A stretch of 32,000 bases of DNA from an uncultured archaeon (GCA_964496765.1 CAZCAP010000008.1:1646-33645), one strand, 5' to 3'. Shown: positions 1 through 9,677, counted from the stretch's first letter. The notes: a model not told the origin generated them from the letters alone. A program made the numbers and translations.

Positions 1-148
1 AATTAGTTTGCCTCTACTTAGCATACAGAATAAATTAACAGTTTTTACAAAATATTTATTTGCAAGCTTTCTTAATTTCATATAATATCTATGATTTTTC
101 TTCTTTCCCTTAGCTTTCTAATGCGCGTTAACCGAGCGAAACCGGTTA

Positions 149-231
149 CGCAAAGGACGAGATTCGAACTCGCGTAGTCGTGAGACTCCAGCTCTCTAGG
201 CTGGCGCGTTTGGCCACTCCGCCACCTTTGC
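149..231 (-). tRNA. tRNA-Ser, anticodon reads AGA (class II, long variable arm)
   Basis: Minus strand GCAAAGG...CCTTTGC acceptor pairing, G73, anticodon arm CCAGC-CTAGAGA-GCTGG, variable arm AGTC-TCAC-GACT, T arm GCGAG-TTCGAAT-CTCGT. Paralogous to the tRNA at 946-1028. CCA not encoded. Confidence 0.93.
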
Positions 232-269
232 ATAATATAATTAATGGGAAAAGAGTATATAAATTGATT

Positions 270-515
270 TTATTTTTCACATTTATCTTTGTTGTTTGTA
301 AACATGCTCTTTGTTACACAAACAAACCAATTAAAGTGTAGTACTATGTGTGTTAGTGAAAGTATAATAAAAATAATTCCTGAAACATCATGTAATTGAA
401 CTAATGTGTGCTTTGGAACTAGTTTTAAAAATAAAATAATTCCTGTTATTGCAACTATTATAAATGAAATTGCAAGCAAGATATCTAAAAAATAATTAAT
501 CTTAATTTTATTCAT
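270..515 (-). CDS. Small membrane protein, DUF4405/cytochrome b561-like (His-containing helices)
   Basis: 81-aa ORF, three hydrophobic helices, LHDVSGIIFIILSLTHIVLHFNW resembles the DUF4405 heme-binding-like pattern. Confidence 0.55.
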   Translation of the reverse strand: MNKIKINYFLDILLAISFIIVAITGIILFLKLVPKHTLVQLHDVSGIIFIILSLTHIVLHFNWFVCVTKSMFTNNKDKCEK

Positions 516-517
516 GT

Positions 518-853
518 TTAATGAACTCCTGAACCAGAATTAACTGACTCTGAGGGGAATAGAAGGGCTTCAACATCATTGTCACCAATTGCAAGTATCA
601 TTCCTTGACTTTCCTGACCCATCATTTTTCTTGGCTCAAGATTAACTATTACTGGTAATTGTTTCCCAACTAAATCTTCTGGATTGTATTTGGTTCCAAT
701 CCCTGCAAGTATCTGTCTTTTAAATTCACCAAAATCAACTATTAACTTTATTAATTTTGTACTCCCTTCTACTTTTTCTGAAGATTCTATTGTTCCAATC
801 CTAATATCAAGCTTTGAAAAATCCTGATAGGTTATGTTTGGTTTAACTTCCAT
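518..853 (-). CDS. tRNA-binding (OB-fold) domain protein, CsaA/MetRS C-terminal-domain-like
   Basis: FSKLDIRIGTI...SEKVEGSTKLIKLIVDFG...RQILAGIG...LVGKQLPVIVNLEPRKMMGQESQGMILA matches the tRNA_bind family pattern. Confidence 0.9.
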   Translation of the reverse strand: MEVKPNITYQDFSKLDIRIGTIESSEKVEGSTKLIKLIVDFGEFKRQILAGIGTKYNPEDLVGKQLPVIVNLEPRKMMGQESQGMILAIGDNDVEALLFPSESVNSGSGVH

Positions 854-945
854 AATATCTTCACTTTGTTTTATTTATATCTTTCTTTCCGAAAAATCTC
901 TATATTCTTTTGGATCAAACATTTTCTTTTAAAGAAAAGGTTTGA

Positions 946-1028
946 CGCAGAGGACGAGATTTGAACTCGCGTAGTCGTGAGACTCCAGGTCTCAAGCCTG
1001 GTGCGTTTGACCACTCCGCCACCTCTGC
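946..1028 (-). tRNA. tRNA-Ser(TGA)
   Basis: Minus strand GCAGAGG...CCTCTGC acceptor, G73, anticodon arm CCAGG-CTTGAGA-CCTGG (anticodon TGA), long variable arm, T arm GCGAG-TTCAAAT-CTCGT. Confidence 0.95.
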
Positions 1029-1580
1029 AATAACTGCTCGTGCGGTTAACACACGAATAGAAAGCCTTTACTTAAAAAACAAGCTAAAAGCTCTATATAG
1101 CTATATATAATATATAAGAGATAAAATATATAAACTAAATGTAAACCTAAAAGTAGAAAAAAAATCCCTCCAAGAATTAGAAAAAAAGAAATTATTAAAA
1201 TATTATTCAAGATTAGGGGAATCAACACACATCATATAGAATTTATCTTCACCAGATCAAGGTTATTCCCCTAAACTATCGTTCCTATTCATTATCACCA
1301 TATCTTAATACACCACCCTCCTAGATGAAACAGCTCCCTTTCGCAAAACCCTTTTCTAAAAGATTTTCTTGAGGTTTGCTTGTGACAATCTTCAATCCAA
1401 CTACTATTAGGACTGTCACATATATATTAATGGGTGGGGGTTTGATGTACAAAAAAGAACACCCTGAATTAATAGAATGTACTATAATTCATTTAAAGGT
1501 AAGGTTAAAGCTAAATAAACCCATATTAACCATAAAAGTTAATTGCAACATAACAAGAAACAAAAGAAAAAAATTTAGGT

Positions 1581-2954
1581 TTAAACTAAAAATTTTTCTT
1601 TAGCTATGAAGAAATCAGATAAGAACTCTAGAACCTCTGTTTTAATAAGATAAAGATTTCTTATATCCTGTCCAACAAAGATATTAGTATCTAGTTCACA
1701 GTTTTCTGGAAGGAAGTTTAATAGAACTGTCTTAATATCTGTCATCTCCCTTTGCTTAATTGAATACCATCTATAATCTTTAATGTATGGACCAAGAATA
1801 GCTTTTGTGTTATCTAAATAGTTTTGTGAGTTTTTCATATCACAAACAGGTGGACCAATTACTTGCTTATAGATTGGAAGAACAAGAGATTCAACTAATA
1901 TTATTAAATAGCATTTTGTTTCTCCTTCTTTATAGAATATATCATTTTTTAATATATTAAAATCTAAAAATTCAAGATGAGCTATTATTTTTTTTGCATT
2001 CTTTCTAACCTTTGACCAAACAACTTCTTTTAGCATGTCCTTAACATCAAACTCTATTATTGTTAGTTCAAAGTTATCAAGTAACCCAACCATTTGATGA
2101 TAGGTGATTTGCTTACTTGGTCTTTTAATAAAGAATTCTTTGCTTGGATGCTGTAGGAAGCTTCTCGAAGCTGCAATGAACATTGATAATTGCTTATCAG
2201 AAACAGCTGAAGCAACATTTCTGTTTTCATCAACAGGATCAATAACAACCAATGGATCATTAAACCTAGCTAGATTAATTTCCTGATCCTTAACTAAAGT
2301 AAACTTAATTGGTGCTTCCCAGTTTGCTGCATGTGTTAAAAGAGTTATGAAGTCACCATAGAATAAAATTAATAACTCACATAGATATCCAGAAAAACCA
2401 AATACCTCTGTGTCTGCTCCATAGCAATCAATTGCTTTCATGAACTGTTTAAGTATTCTAACTTCATCCTTTTGGGTTGCTTTCATGTTCTTTAGAACGA
2501 ATAATAGATGAAGAGAGGTTCTATCAACAGCAGAGATTATTTCTTCTCCAGGAGCTATCTTGTAAGCAGGAACCACTTCTACTTTATAATTATTAATTAC
2601 TCCTCTTATGTAGGGGTGCTCAGAATAGGCTTTCTCCCAGAAACAACCTTTGAAAACAGCTTGAGCAGTTGCAAGTCCTTCTTCAACAAACTCTTCTCTT
2701 TTCATGTCCTTTGGATATAAAATAAATATATCAAAATCTTTAGTTTCTGCAAGATTTGTTCCTTTTCCAAAGGAACCAGCAACAATTGCAGATAAATGTT
2801 TACCAGGCATTTTGCTAATCTTATTAATAATTGAATTAGCAAACTCCTCTTCTTCAGCAACTTGTTTGCTTGATGGTTTAATCTCTTTTAATATCTCTCT
2901 ACGAGCTAGCTTGTAGTCTTCAAGCTTAGATTTATCTATATTTAATTGTGCCAT
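1581..2954 (-). CDS. cca: CCA tRNA nucleotidyltransferase (archaeal class I)
   Basis: Nucleotidyltransferase motif AGSFGKGTNLAETKDFDIFILYP and archaeal CCA-adding enzyme architecture; 457 aa. Confidence 0.93.
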   Translation of the reverse strand: MAQLNIDKSKLEDYKLARREILKEIKPSSKQVAEEEEFANSIINKISKMPGKHLSAIVAGSFGKGTNLAETKDFDIFILYPKDMKREEFVEEGLATAQAVFKGCFWEKAYSEHPYIRGVINNYKVEVVPAYKIAPGEEIISAVDRTSLHLLFVLKNMKATQKDEVRILKQFMKAIDCYGADTEVFGFSGYLCELLILFYGDFITLLTHAANWEAPIKFTLVKDQEINLARFNDPLVVIDPVDENRNVASAVSDKQLSMFIAASRSFLQHPSKEFFIKRPSKQITYHQMVGLLDNFELTIIEFDVKDMLKEVVWSKVRKNAKKIIAHLEFLDFNILKNDIFYKEGETKCYLIILVESLVLPIYKQVIGPPVCDMKNSQNYLDNTKAILGPYIKDYRWYSIKQREMTDIKTVLLNFLPENCELDTNIFVGQDIRNLYLIKTEVLEFLSDFFIAKEKFLV

Positions 2955-3001
2955 AGTTATCTTATAAATATAGTAACATTAATAATATAAACCTAATCTA
3001 A

Positions 3002-3976
3002 TTGATTATAATTATGATTAAAGATATACTTTATAAGGAACTTAGGAAGATTAAAGTAAAAGATAAAAGGATAGCAATACAGATTCCAGAGGGATTAAAG
3101 CAATACTCTAGAGAGATACTTGATTACTTCAAAGAAAACAATCCAATTCTTCTTGTTGATCCATGCTATGGTGCTTGTGATACTAGAGATGTGGAAGCAA
3201 AGAAATTGGGTGCAACTCTTTTAATTCATTTTGGGCACGAAGGAATGGGTAAGCAAGCAATTAGAACTATATATGTTCCTCTAAAGTATGAAATTAAGAA
3301 TTCAGGAATTAAATATATTATTCAGGAAATTAAAAAACTAAACTTTAAAAAAATTAATCTAGTTACAACAACCCAATATCTTAATATGATACCAATAATT
3401 AAAAAAGAACTTCTAAAAAATAAAATTATTGTAAATAAAACAAGAGAAACACAGAGAGTTAAAGAACACATGGTTCTTGGGTGTGATGCATCAACGATCA
3501 TTGATAGAACATCACCAATCATTTTTATTGGAGATGGAGCTTTCCACGTTAATAATCTTGCTTTTCTTTATTCTAATCAAAGAATATTCTCAATAAGCCC
3601 AATAGTTAGAGAAATTAAAGAAATTAGAATAAATGATGAATTCACAAGAAAAAGATATGCAATGATTGGAATTGCAAGAACAAAAACAAGATTTGGGATA
3701 TTGGTATCAACCAAGAATGGACAGAACAGATTAAAGCTTGCTCAGGAGATTAAAAAATACTTAGAGAAACATAAAAAACAAGCATACATACTTGCTAGTG
3801 ATTATATTAAAGAAGATTATCTTATTGGAATAGATGTTGAATGTTATATAAATACTGCTTGTCCAAGAATCACCTATGATGATAGTTCTTCATTTAGGAA
3901 ATCGATTATTTCTGCAAGCGAAGCATTAACCTTGTTTGATAAAGAAAAAGAAATTAAGATTGATCAAATAAATTAA
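3002..3976 (+). CDS. dph2: 2-(3-amino-3-carboxypropyl)histidine synthase (diphthamide biosynthesis)
   Basis: Conserved Cys contexts DPCYGACDTR, GCDAST, NTACPRI; archaeal Dph2 family. Starts with an internal Met option near 3008. Confidence 0.92.
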   Translation: MIIIMIKDILYKELRKIKVKDKRIAIQIPEGLKQYSREILDYFKENNPILLVDPCYGACDTRDVEAKKLGATLLIHFGHEGMGKQAIRTIYVPLKYEIKNSGIKYIIQEIKKLNFKKINLVTTTQYLNMIPIIKKELLKNKIIVNKTRETQRVKEHMVLGCDASTIIDRTSPIIFIGDGAFHVNNLAFLYSNQRIFSISPIVREIKEIRINDEFTRKRYAMIGIARTKTRFGILVSTKNGQNRLKLAQEIKKYLEKHKKQAYILASDYIKEDYLIGIDVECYINTACPRITYDDSSSFRKSIISASEALTLFDKEKEIKIDQIN

Positions 3977-4773
3977 TTATTCTGATCAATGTTTGCATCA
4001 AAGGCGTTGGTATCTAATTGTATGTTTGCATCGATTGGAGTATTACTATCAATTGAATTAGTGTCTAGTGTATTTGAATCATTCATTTTTATCTTGAAAT
4101 CATTTATTGATTTTTCAATCTCTGCAATGTCCTTGAACAATAAACTGGTTGTAAGAACTACTGCTCTTTGAAGCTCATCCTTGGTTTTTGTTTGAATGTA
4201 AATATATCTTTCACCAAGATTAGCATTAACTAGAACTGTTGATTCCTTTAGAGTATCCTTTGGGAAATCAATGATTATTTCAGTTACTCCTGAATTTAAT
4301 AGAGAATAGCACTCTTCTGGGGTTAGTTCTTTATTTTCATAGTAGTCTCCAAGATTTGATTGACAACTAATTGTTGCTCTTGTTTCATCCATAACATTAA
4401 CTATGATTGTTACGTTCTTGTTCTCATAGGCAAGAACAGTTAATAGATAGGTTAATTGGGAAGTGATTTGACTTAAATTATTCATGTCCTCTGGAAGAAC
4501 ATCAAGAATAAGGTAGATGTTTTGATCTTTGGATATACTCTCCATTGCATCCACTAAATAAAAGTCTCCTGATCTAAAGGTTATTCCACTTTCCTTATCC
4601 ACGAATCCATATTTGTTCTTTTGAATGAATGTGAACACAAGATAAGCAAGAACAAGAAGAATAATTATAATTACAACATAGATGAAAATGTTTTTTTTCA
4701 TTTTTTTTTCTTTTGCATGTTGCTTTATTTCCTTTGCGGTCTGTATTTTCGCCTGTGAAATAATTTGTTCCAT
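3973..4773 (-). CDS. Hypothetical single-pass membrane protein with Asn/Asp/Thr-rich C-terminal tail
   Basis: 266-aa ORF, hydrophobic segment NIFIYVVIIIILLVLAYLVFTFI, low-complexity tail NDSNTLDTNSIDSNTPIDANIQLDTNAFDANIDQNN. Confidence 0.75.
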   Translation of the reverse strand: MEQIISQAKIQTAKEIKQHAKEKKMKKNIFIYVVIIIILLVLAYLVFTFIQKNKYGFVDKESGITFRSGDFYLVDAMESISKDQNIYLILDVLPEDMNNLSQITSQLTYLLTVLAYENKNVTIIVNVMDETRATISCQSNLGDYYENKELTPEECYSLLNSGVTEIIIDFPKDTLKESTVLVNANLGERYIYIQTKTKDELQRAVVLTTSLLFKDIAEIEKSINDFKIKMNDSNTLDTNSIDSNTPIDANIQLDTNAFDANIDQNN

Positions 4774-4786
4774 AATATCACTTCAT

Positions 4787-5281
4787 TTATTTTAAGTTTA
4801 ATTTTAGTTTTAATTCCTTAAGATTCTTAACTTCGTTGTTAGTTGTTTTAATCAATATATATTTTACACCCTTTCCCTTTAAAATTGTTTCAATATACTT
4901 AGTCTCCTCACAAAATAAGTTTTCTTCTATCTTTGCAGGCAAATAATTTCTTTCTTCATACCTTCTTCTTAATAACTTAAGATCGGTTTCTAGAAGAACA
5001 ATTCTTTTGAACTTCATTAGATTACTCTTGGACATCTCTGGCCAGAGATGACCTTCAAAAATTAGATTTTCGTTCTTATGGGTTCTAATGAATTTACTAA
5101 ATTCCTTATTTAGTTTTGTGATATCAACAATATATTCTTTTTCTTGATTATCCTTTTCTCCAAGCTTGTTTGCTAATGAAAAGGATTTATCATTTACAAC
5201 TTTATAGGAATATTCCTTTCCAAGGATCTTAGACAAAGTTGTTTTTCCTGTTCCTGGATACCCTGTGATTAGCAAGTACAT
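4787..5281 (-). CDS. P-loop kinase, AK6/Fap7-like adenylate kinase
   Basis: Walker A GYPGTGKTTLSK, short archaeal NMP-kinase-like length, IFEGHLWP and YEERNY contexts. Confidence 0.8.
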   Translation of the reverse strand: MYLLITGYPGTGKTTLSKILGKEYSYKVVNDKSFSLANKLGEKDNQEKEYIVDITKLNKEFSKFIRTHKNENLIFEGHLWPEMSKSNLMKFKRIVLLETDLKLLRRRYEERNYLPAKIEENLFCEETKYIETILKGKGVKYILIKTTNNEVKNLKELKLKLNLK

Positions 5282-5296
5282 AATTAATTCATCAAT

Positions 5297-7189
5297 TTAT
5301 CTTAGTCTTACACTCTCAAGATTCTGAATGGACATTGTATTAATATGGAACTTCTTTTGAAGGAACTTACCAAATTCTGGACAAGAATCACCATGATTAA
5401 CAAGTATGTCCTTTGGTTTTGGATGAAGAGTTGCTATGTAGTTTAATAGTTCCTGTCTATAGGCATGACCAGAGAATGCATCTGCAGTCTCAATTCTCAT
5501 ATTTACATTCAATGTTTTTGTTTTGTTATTGGAATCTGCTATTGGCATTGATTTTAGTCCTCTTTGTATCTTGTAACCCAATGAATTTCTTGCTTGGTAA
5601 CCAACGAATGCAAGAGTGTTGTTTGGATTATCAGCAAGCTCATAGAAGTATCCGAGAGATGGACCACCAGTTAGCATTCCTGATGATGCAATTATAACTG
5701 CTCCCTTTGTGTTAATTACTGCTTCCCTATTATTTTCCACATTGTCAACGGTTTTGAATAACTTGGATTGGAAAGGTGAGTTGTTTTGTAAGATTCTTGT
5801 TTTTATGTTTTGTTTTAAATATTCTGGGTAGACAGTGTGTATTGCTGATGCTTCGCGTGTCATTCCATCAATGAATACGTTTTCTGTTTTTAGCTTACCA
5901 TGTCTATAGAATTCTTCAAGAACAAGCATAACCTCCTGAGCACGACCAACAGAGAAAACAGGAATTAAAGTTATTCCACCCTTGTCTGTTGTTTCATTAA
6001 TTAAATCAATTAAATCCTGTTCAGATTTCATTCTTGATGGCATAATAAGCTTACCACCATAGGTTGATTCAACAATTAGGGTTTCAAGACGAGGATAGCT
6101 AGCATCCATGTTATTGAAAAGTCTTGTAAATCCAAACTTAATGTCTCCTGAGTAAACTAAATTTAGTTTACCTTCACCTATGTGGAGATGAGCTGAGGCT
6201 GAACCAAGAATGTGTGCTGATGAATGGAAGGTTAATCTTATTCCAGGAGCTATGTCTGTTACTTCTCTAAAGTTTCTTGTAACACAATGTTTAATTGTTT
6301 CCTTAACATCCTCTTCATCATATAGTGGTTCTCTTCCACTCTTGACTGAAACATCAATTGCATCAAACAATAATAGAGCCATCAGGTCTCTTGTGGGCTC
6401 TGTACAATAAACTGGGCCCTTGTACCCTGCTTTAAACAAGTAGGGAAGGAAACCAGTGTGATCAATGTGTGCATGTGTAATAACAACAGCATCAAGCTCA
6501 TCAAGTGGAAATCTTAGAACCCCAAGGAAAGGAGTTTCTTCCTGCCTATCAGCTTGATTAATTCCACAGTCCATAAGTATTTTTGTGTCCGGTGTTTCAA
6601 GTAGAATTGAACTTCTTCCAACTTCCTGGAAACCACCTAGCGCAGTAACTCTTACCCAATCCTTGTTGCTAACTGGGGGAGAATAGATTTTTTTTGCAAC
6701 CTCTTTTAGGAAGTTTTTTCTTTCCTGACTATACTTTAATGTAAAACCTCTAACCTTTTTAAGAATTTCAGAAGGCTCTGTTGGAGCTCTTAGTATCTTT
6801 GGTATCCATTTTGTTTCTGTGATTATGTCCTTTGAAACCTGACCAAGCTTGCCTATTACAACCCCTGGCTTATGAGCTTCAATAACAACCTCAGAGAAAA
6901 CAGGATCAAAGAAAAGAGATTTAACTCCAGCATCTTCTGGAATTAATTGCTTTATTTTTTGTAGAGCTTCAGCAGGATCCATGAGAACAGATTTCTCTGA
7001 TCTTACGTTAATTCTTTTCTTGAAAGCTTCTGCGATTTCTCCAACAACACTTTTATTATCAAAATAGATTTCAGGTGTTGTTGTGTAGATTGCAATCTCA
7101 CTTCCTTCTGCTTCAACCTTTGTATAGTTTACTTTTTTTTCATCAAGCATTAGCATGATTCTTTTTTTTATATCATCAAATATATCCAT
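5297..7189 (-). CDS. fttA: KH-domain beta-CASP ribonuclease / transcription termination factor aCPSF1 (FttA)
   Basis: N-terminal KH region, metallo-beta-lactamase ITHAHIDHTGF, ILGSASAHL, SGHAYRQEL, ILVNHGD; 630 aa. Confidence 0.94.
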   Translation of the reverse strand: MDIFDDIKKRIMLMLDEKKVNYTKVEAEGSEIAIYTTTPEIYFDNKSVVGEIAEAFKKRINVRSEKSVLMDPAEALQKIKQLIPEDAGVKSLFFDPVFSEVVIEAHKPGVVIGKLGQVSKDIITETKWIPKILRAPTEPSEILKKVRGFTLKYSQERKNFLKEVAKKIYSPPVSNKDWVRVTALGGFQEVGRSSILLETPDTKILMDCGINQADRQEETPFLGVLRFPLDELDAVVITHAHIDHTGFLPYLFKAGYKGPVYCTEPTRDLMALLLFDAIDVSVKSGREPLYDEEDVKETIKHCVTRNFREVTDIAPGIRLTFHSSAHILGSASAHLHIGEGKLNLVYSGDIKFGFTRLFNNMDASYPRLETLIVESTYGGKLIMPSRMKSEQDLIDLINETTDKGGITLIPVFSVGRAQEVMLVLEEFYRHGKLKTENVFIDGMTREASAIHTVYPEYLKQNIKTRILQNNSPFQSKLFKTVDNVENNREAVINTKGAVIIASSGMLTGGPSLGYFYELADNPNNTLAFVGYQARNSLGYKIQRGLKSMPIADSNNKTKTLNVNMRIETADAFSGHAYRQELLNYIATLHPKPKDILVNHGDSCPEFGKFLQKKFHINTMSIQNLESVRLR

Positions 7190-7321
7190 ATTATTTTCAC
7201 TTAAATTTTGTTTTATTAGTTACCACTGTAGCTATAACCTTTTATTTTATTGTTTACTTAATTAGTTTAGATAATTAACTTATTTTGTTAATTATCCAAT
7301 TAGAAAAATTGTTTATTAAAT

Positions 7322-7927
7322 TTATTCATATTTTACAACAGGGAGTTCTTCGATCTCGTTCTTTTTAATAACAACAACCTTAACCCCATCTCCGCCAGAA
7401 AAGATATCTCTCTTCTTTGCAGCATTAATTGCACTAACTGCAATCTTAATAGCTTCCTGTGTGCTTAGGTTTTCTTTATAGTTTGCATCAATGGTTGATA
7501 GTGCAAGTTCTGTTCCTGAACCTGATGCAGTATATTTCTTTTCTTCAATTATTCCACCAGCAAGATCAAGAGAATACATTGTAAACCCATCAGCGCTTCC
7601 TGCAAGAATGAATTGAGTATAGAAGGGCATCATCTTGTTTGAGTTTAGAATGTTTGATAAAAGAGTACCGCATGCTTTTGTGCTCATGCTTCTCTTGTGC
7701 TCAAGCTCATAGAGGTTTGCTTGGACCTTTAGATGTCTAACAAGAACAAGGGAATCTCCAACCCCACCAGCAATTGTCATTGCAATGTAGTTGTTTATCT
7801 TGTATATCTTTGTAACATCAGTGTTTGATGCAAGACTACCCATTGTTCCTTTCATGTCCGCAGCAAGAACTATTGCGTCCTTAGCAATTATTCCAACTGT
7901 GGTTGTTCCTGTTTTATAACTATCCAA
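7322..7927 (-). CDS. psmB: Proteasome subunit beta
   Basis: MDSYKTGTTTVGIIAKDAIVLAADMK...: short propeptide then catalytic Thr; SGTGTELAL-like region SGSGTELALS. Confidence 0.95.
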   Translation of the reverse strand: MDSYKTGTTTVGIIAKDAIVLAADMKGTMGSLASNTDVTKIYKINNYIAMTIAGGVGDSLVLVRHLKVQANLYELEHKRSMSTKACGTLLSNILNSNKMMPFYTQFILAGSADGFTMYSLDLAGGIIEEKKYTASGSGTELALSTIDANYKENLSTQEAIKIAVSAINAAKKRDIFSGGDGVKVVVIKKNEIEELPVVKYE

Positions 7928-7945
7928 AGCAATTCACCTTTTAGT

Positions 7946-8632
7946 TTATTTGTTTTCCTTTCTTAAAAAAGTTTGTGAGAATTTAATCTTATTTAATTTA
8001 GTTGAAGTAAGAACCATTTCTGCAAATAATTCTTTGAAGTAATCAAACTCCTTTGGTAATCCAATTGGAAGTTCAATCTCAATTAATTTTTCTGCATCTA
8101 TTATTTGGTATTTTAGATGTTCTGGTTTCATGAAATAGAATACTTTTTGAACAATGATTGGTATTTTCTCATTATCTTCCTTATATATTTTATTTACTGT
8201 GATTGTGTATTCTAGGTTTCTACCAGCAAAGATTGGATTGAAATCAACCTTAACTCTTCCACCAGAAACAGAAATAACTTTTCCTGATTGGTTACCAATT
8301 GTTACCTGCATACCTGGTTCTGGTTTTATCTTATCTTCTTTAAAATCATTTAGAGGAACTATTTTTGTGTTGTTTGGATTTCTGTCTCCAAAAGCATCCT
8401 TTTTCAATAGAACAAAGGTATGTGTTTTTCCTGCTTCAACCTCTTTTATCTTGTCTTCAACAGCAGGAAGAAGTTCATTTGTTCCAAAAACAGCTCTAAT
8501 TGGTTTATAATCTGCTTTTACATTAAGATCATTTTCCTTTGCAAACTTTTCAAAGGTTGTATCCAGTAGTTCCTTTGAATCATTATCTTTTAAAATTAAG
8601 TCAATCTCTATTATATCGCCTTTTGTTATCAT
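7946..8632 (-). CDS. FKBP-type (SlyD-like) peptidyl-prolyl cis-trans isomerase with C-terminal extension
   Basis: GDIIEIDLILKD...AFGDRNP...SGGRVKVDFNPIFAGRNLEYTITV matches the archaeal FKBP/SlyD pattern. Confidence 0.92.
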   Translation of the reverse strand: MITKGDIIEIDLILKDNDSKELLDTTFEKFAKENDLNVKADYKPIRAVFGTNELLPAVEDKIKEVEAGKTHTFVLLKKDAFGDRNPNNTKIVPLNDFKEDKIKPEPGMQVTIGNQSGKVISVSGGRVKVDFNPIFAGRNLEYTITVNKIYKEDNEKIPIIVQKVFYFMKPEHLKYQIIDAEKLIEIELPIGLPKEFDYFKELFAEMVLTSTKLNKIKFSQTFLRKENK

Positions 8633-8828
8633 TTTCTATCATTTCCTTTTTATTTAATTATAAACCTCTTAAACCTAAAGAGTAGATATAAAAGTTAAAC
8701 TAGTATCATAAAATTAGAATTTTAATAATATATTTAGGAAACAAATAGCTTAAAAAGCTATCCCTAGACCTGAAAATACAAATAATTAGGGGTTATTTAG
8801 AGACGTATATCCTTTTTTGAAGAAGGTA

Positions 8829-9677
8829 TTAGTGTTTTTCTATTCTTTTTCTGTTTGTTAGATCAAACCTATTCTCCTTTGAAACAACCTTCTTTTTAAT
8901 TATTGATTCTAGCTCCTTTCTTGCATTTCCAGAAACTGTTCCACCATCATTTGCATCTTTCTTAAGATTTGGAAAATCCTTTGAATCTCTTTCTTTTGTT
9001 ATTTCTTTTGTGCTTAGTTCTCCAAGCATTGTAAAAACAAGTTCCACATCAGTCATATTATCCCTTATATTTTGGTTTTTAAACCTAGGATCTAAGTTTT
9101 TTATTATTTTATGTTCTTTTGTGGTTACATCAAAAGTGGCTTTTGAGATTTCATCAGTTAATATCGCATAATCCTTACTTTTCTTAATTCCTCTTTTGTT
9201 CCATTCATCAGTTAAGTCTAATCTAATTATTGTTCCTCTTATTCTTTTTGCAATCCAGTCTTCTGAGTATCCTTTGATTTCATAATACCTTTTTGCTCTT
9301 GAATATAATAATTCAGGATTTTCAATCTCCTGTATTCTCTCATAACCTGTTTTTGCTAGCCATAATTTAAATGGTTCTGCTTTCTTAGATGGAATTGATT
9401 GAATAATTCTAAATAGGCCTTCTGTGTTTGAACAATCTGTTTCTCTTAATTTACCATCTTCTGCAAATAATTTCAACTGTACGATTTTATCGTACTGTTC
9501 AATGCCTCCCTCTTCCTTAATCTTGATTTTTAGATCTGACCAATACCTTCTTGGCTCTGAACTTTCAGTTAATGCACCAACCACATCAACAACTGAAAAC
9601 CACCATTCTTCATTATACCATGTTCTTCTAATTCTTTTTGTTTCAAAAACAGCTATTGCATTTTCCTTATCTCTCAC
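8829..9677 (-). CDS. Bro-N domain protein (BRO / DinD-like antirepressor family)
   Basis: FETKRIRRTWYNEEWWFSVVDVVGALTESSEPRRYWSDLKIKI is a Bro-N signature. The ORF track extends to 9767, but the first ~30 codons look untranslated; a GTG at 9675-9677 preceded by GGTGA is a better start. Confidence 0.85.
   Translation of the reverse strand: MRDKENAIAVFETKRIRRTWYNEEWWFSVVDVVGALTESSEPRRYWSDLKIKIKEEGGIEQYDKIVQLKLFAEDGKLRETDCSNTEGLFRIIQSIPSKKAEPFKLWLAKTGYERIQEIENPELLYSRAKRYYEIKGYSEDWIAKRIRGTIIRLDLTDEWNKRGIKKSKDYAILTDEISKATFDVTTKEHKIIKNLDPRFKNQNIRDNMTDVELVFTMLGELSTKEITKERDSKDFPNLKKDANDGGTVSGNARKELESIIKKKVVSKENRFDLTNRKRIEKH

Noticed and set aside
1046-1228. 60-aa minus-strand hydrophobic ORF
   Set aside because: Low-complexity AT-rich composition, no recognisable family and overlap with the inverted repeat region; probably spurious
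1300-1380. Minus strand GCGAAAGGGAGCTG resembling SRP RNA helix 8 (GGAAGGGAGCAG)
   Set aside because: The conserved AGCAG and 5' CAGG loop bases do not match and I cannot fold a full Alu/S domain; similarity too weak to call SRP RNA
1376-1603. 76-aa plus-strand ORF
   Set aside because: Overlaps the cca 3' end and the inverted repeat; no domain-like pattern. Treated as noncoding unless homologs are found.
8154-8510. 118-aa plus-strand ORF antisense to the FKBP gene
   Set aside because: Antisense shadow ORF of a well-supported CDS
8745-8761. 7-bp hairpin ATAGCTT-AAA-AAGCTAT
   Set aside because: Short and AT-rich; plausible by chance or a minor terminator, no further support
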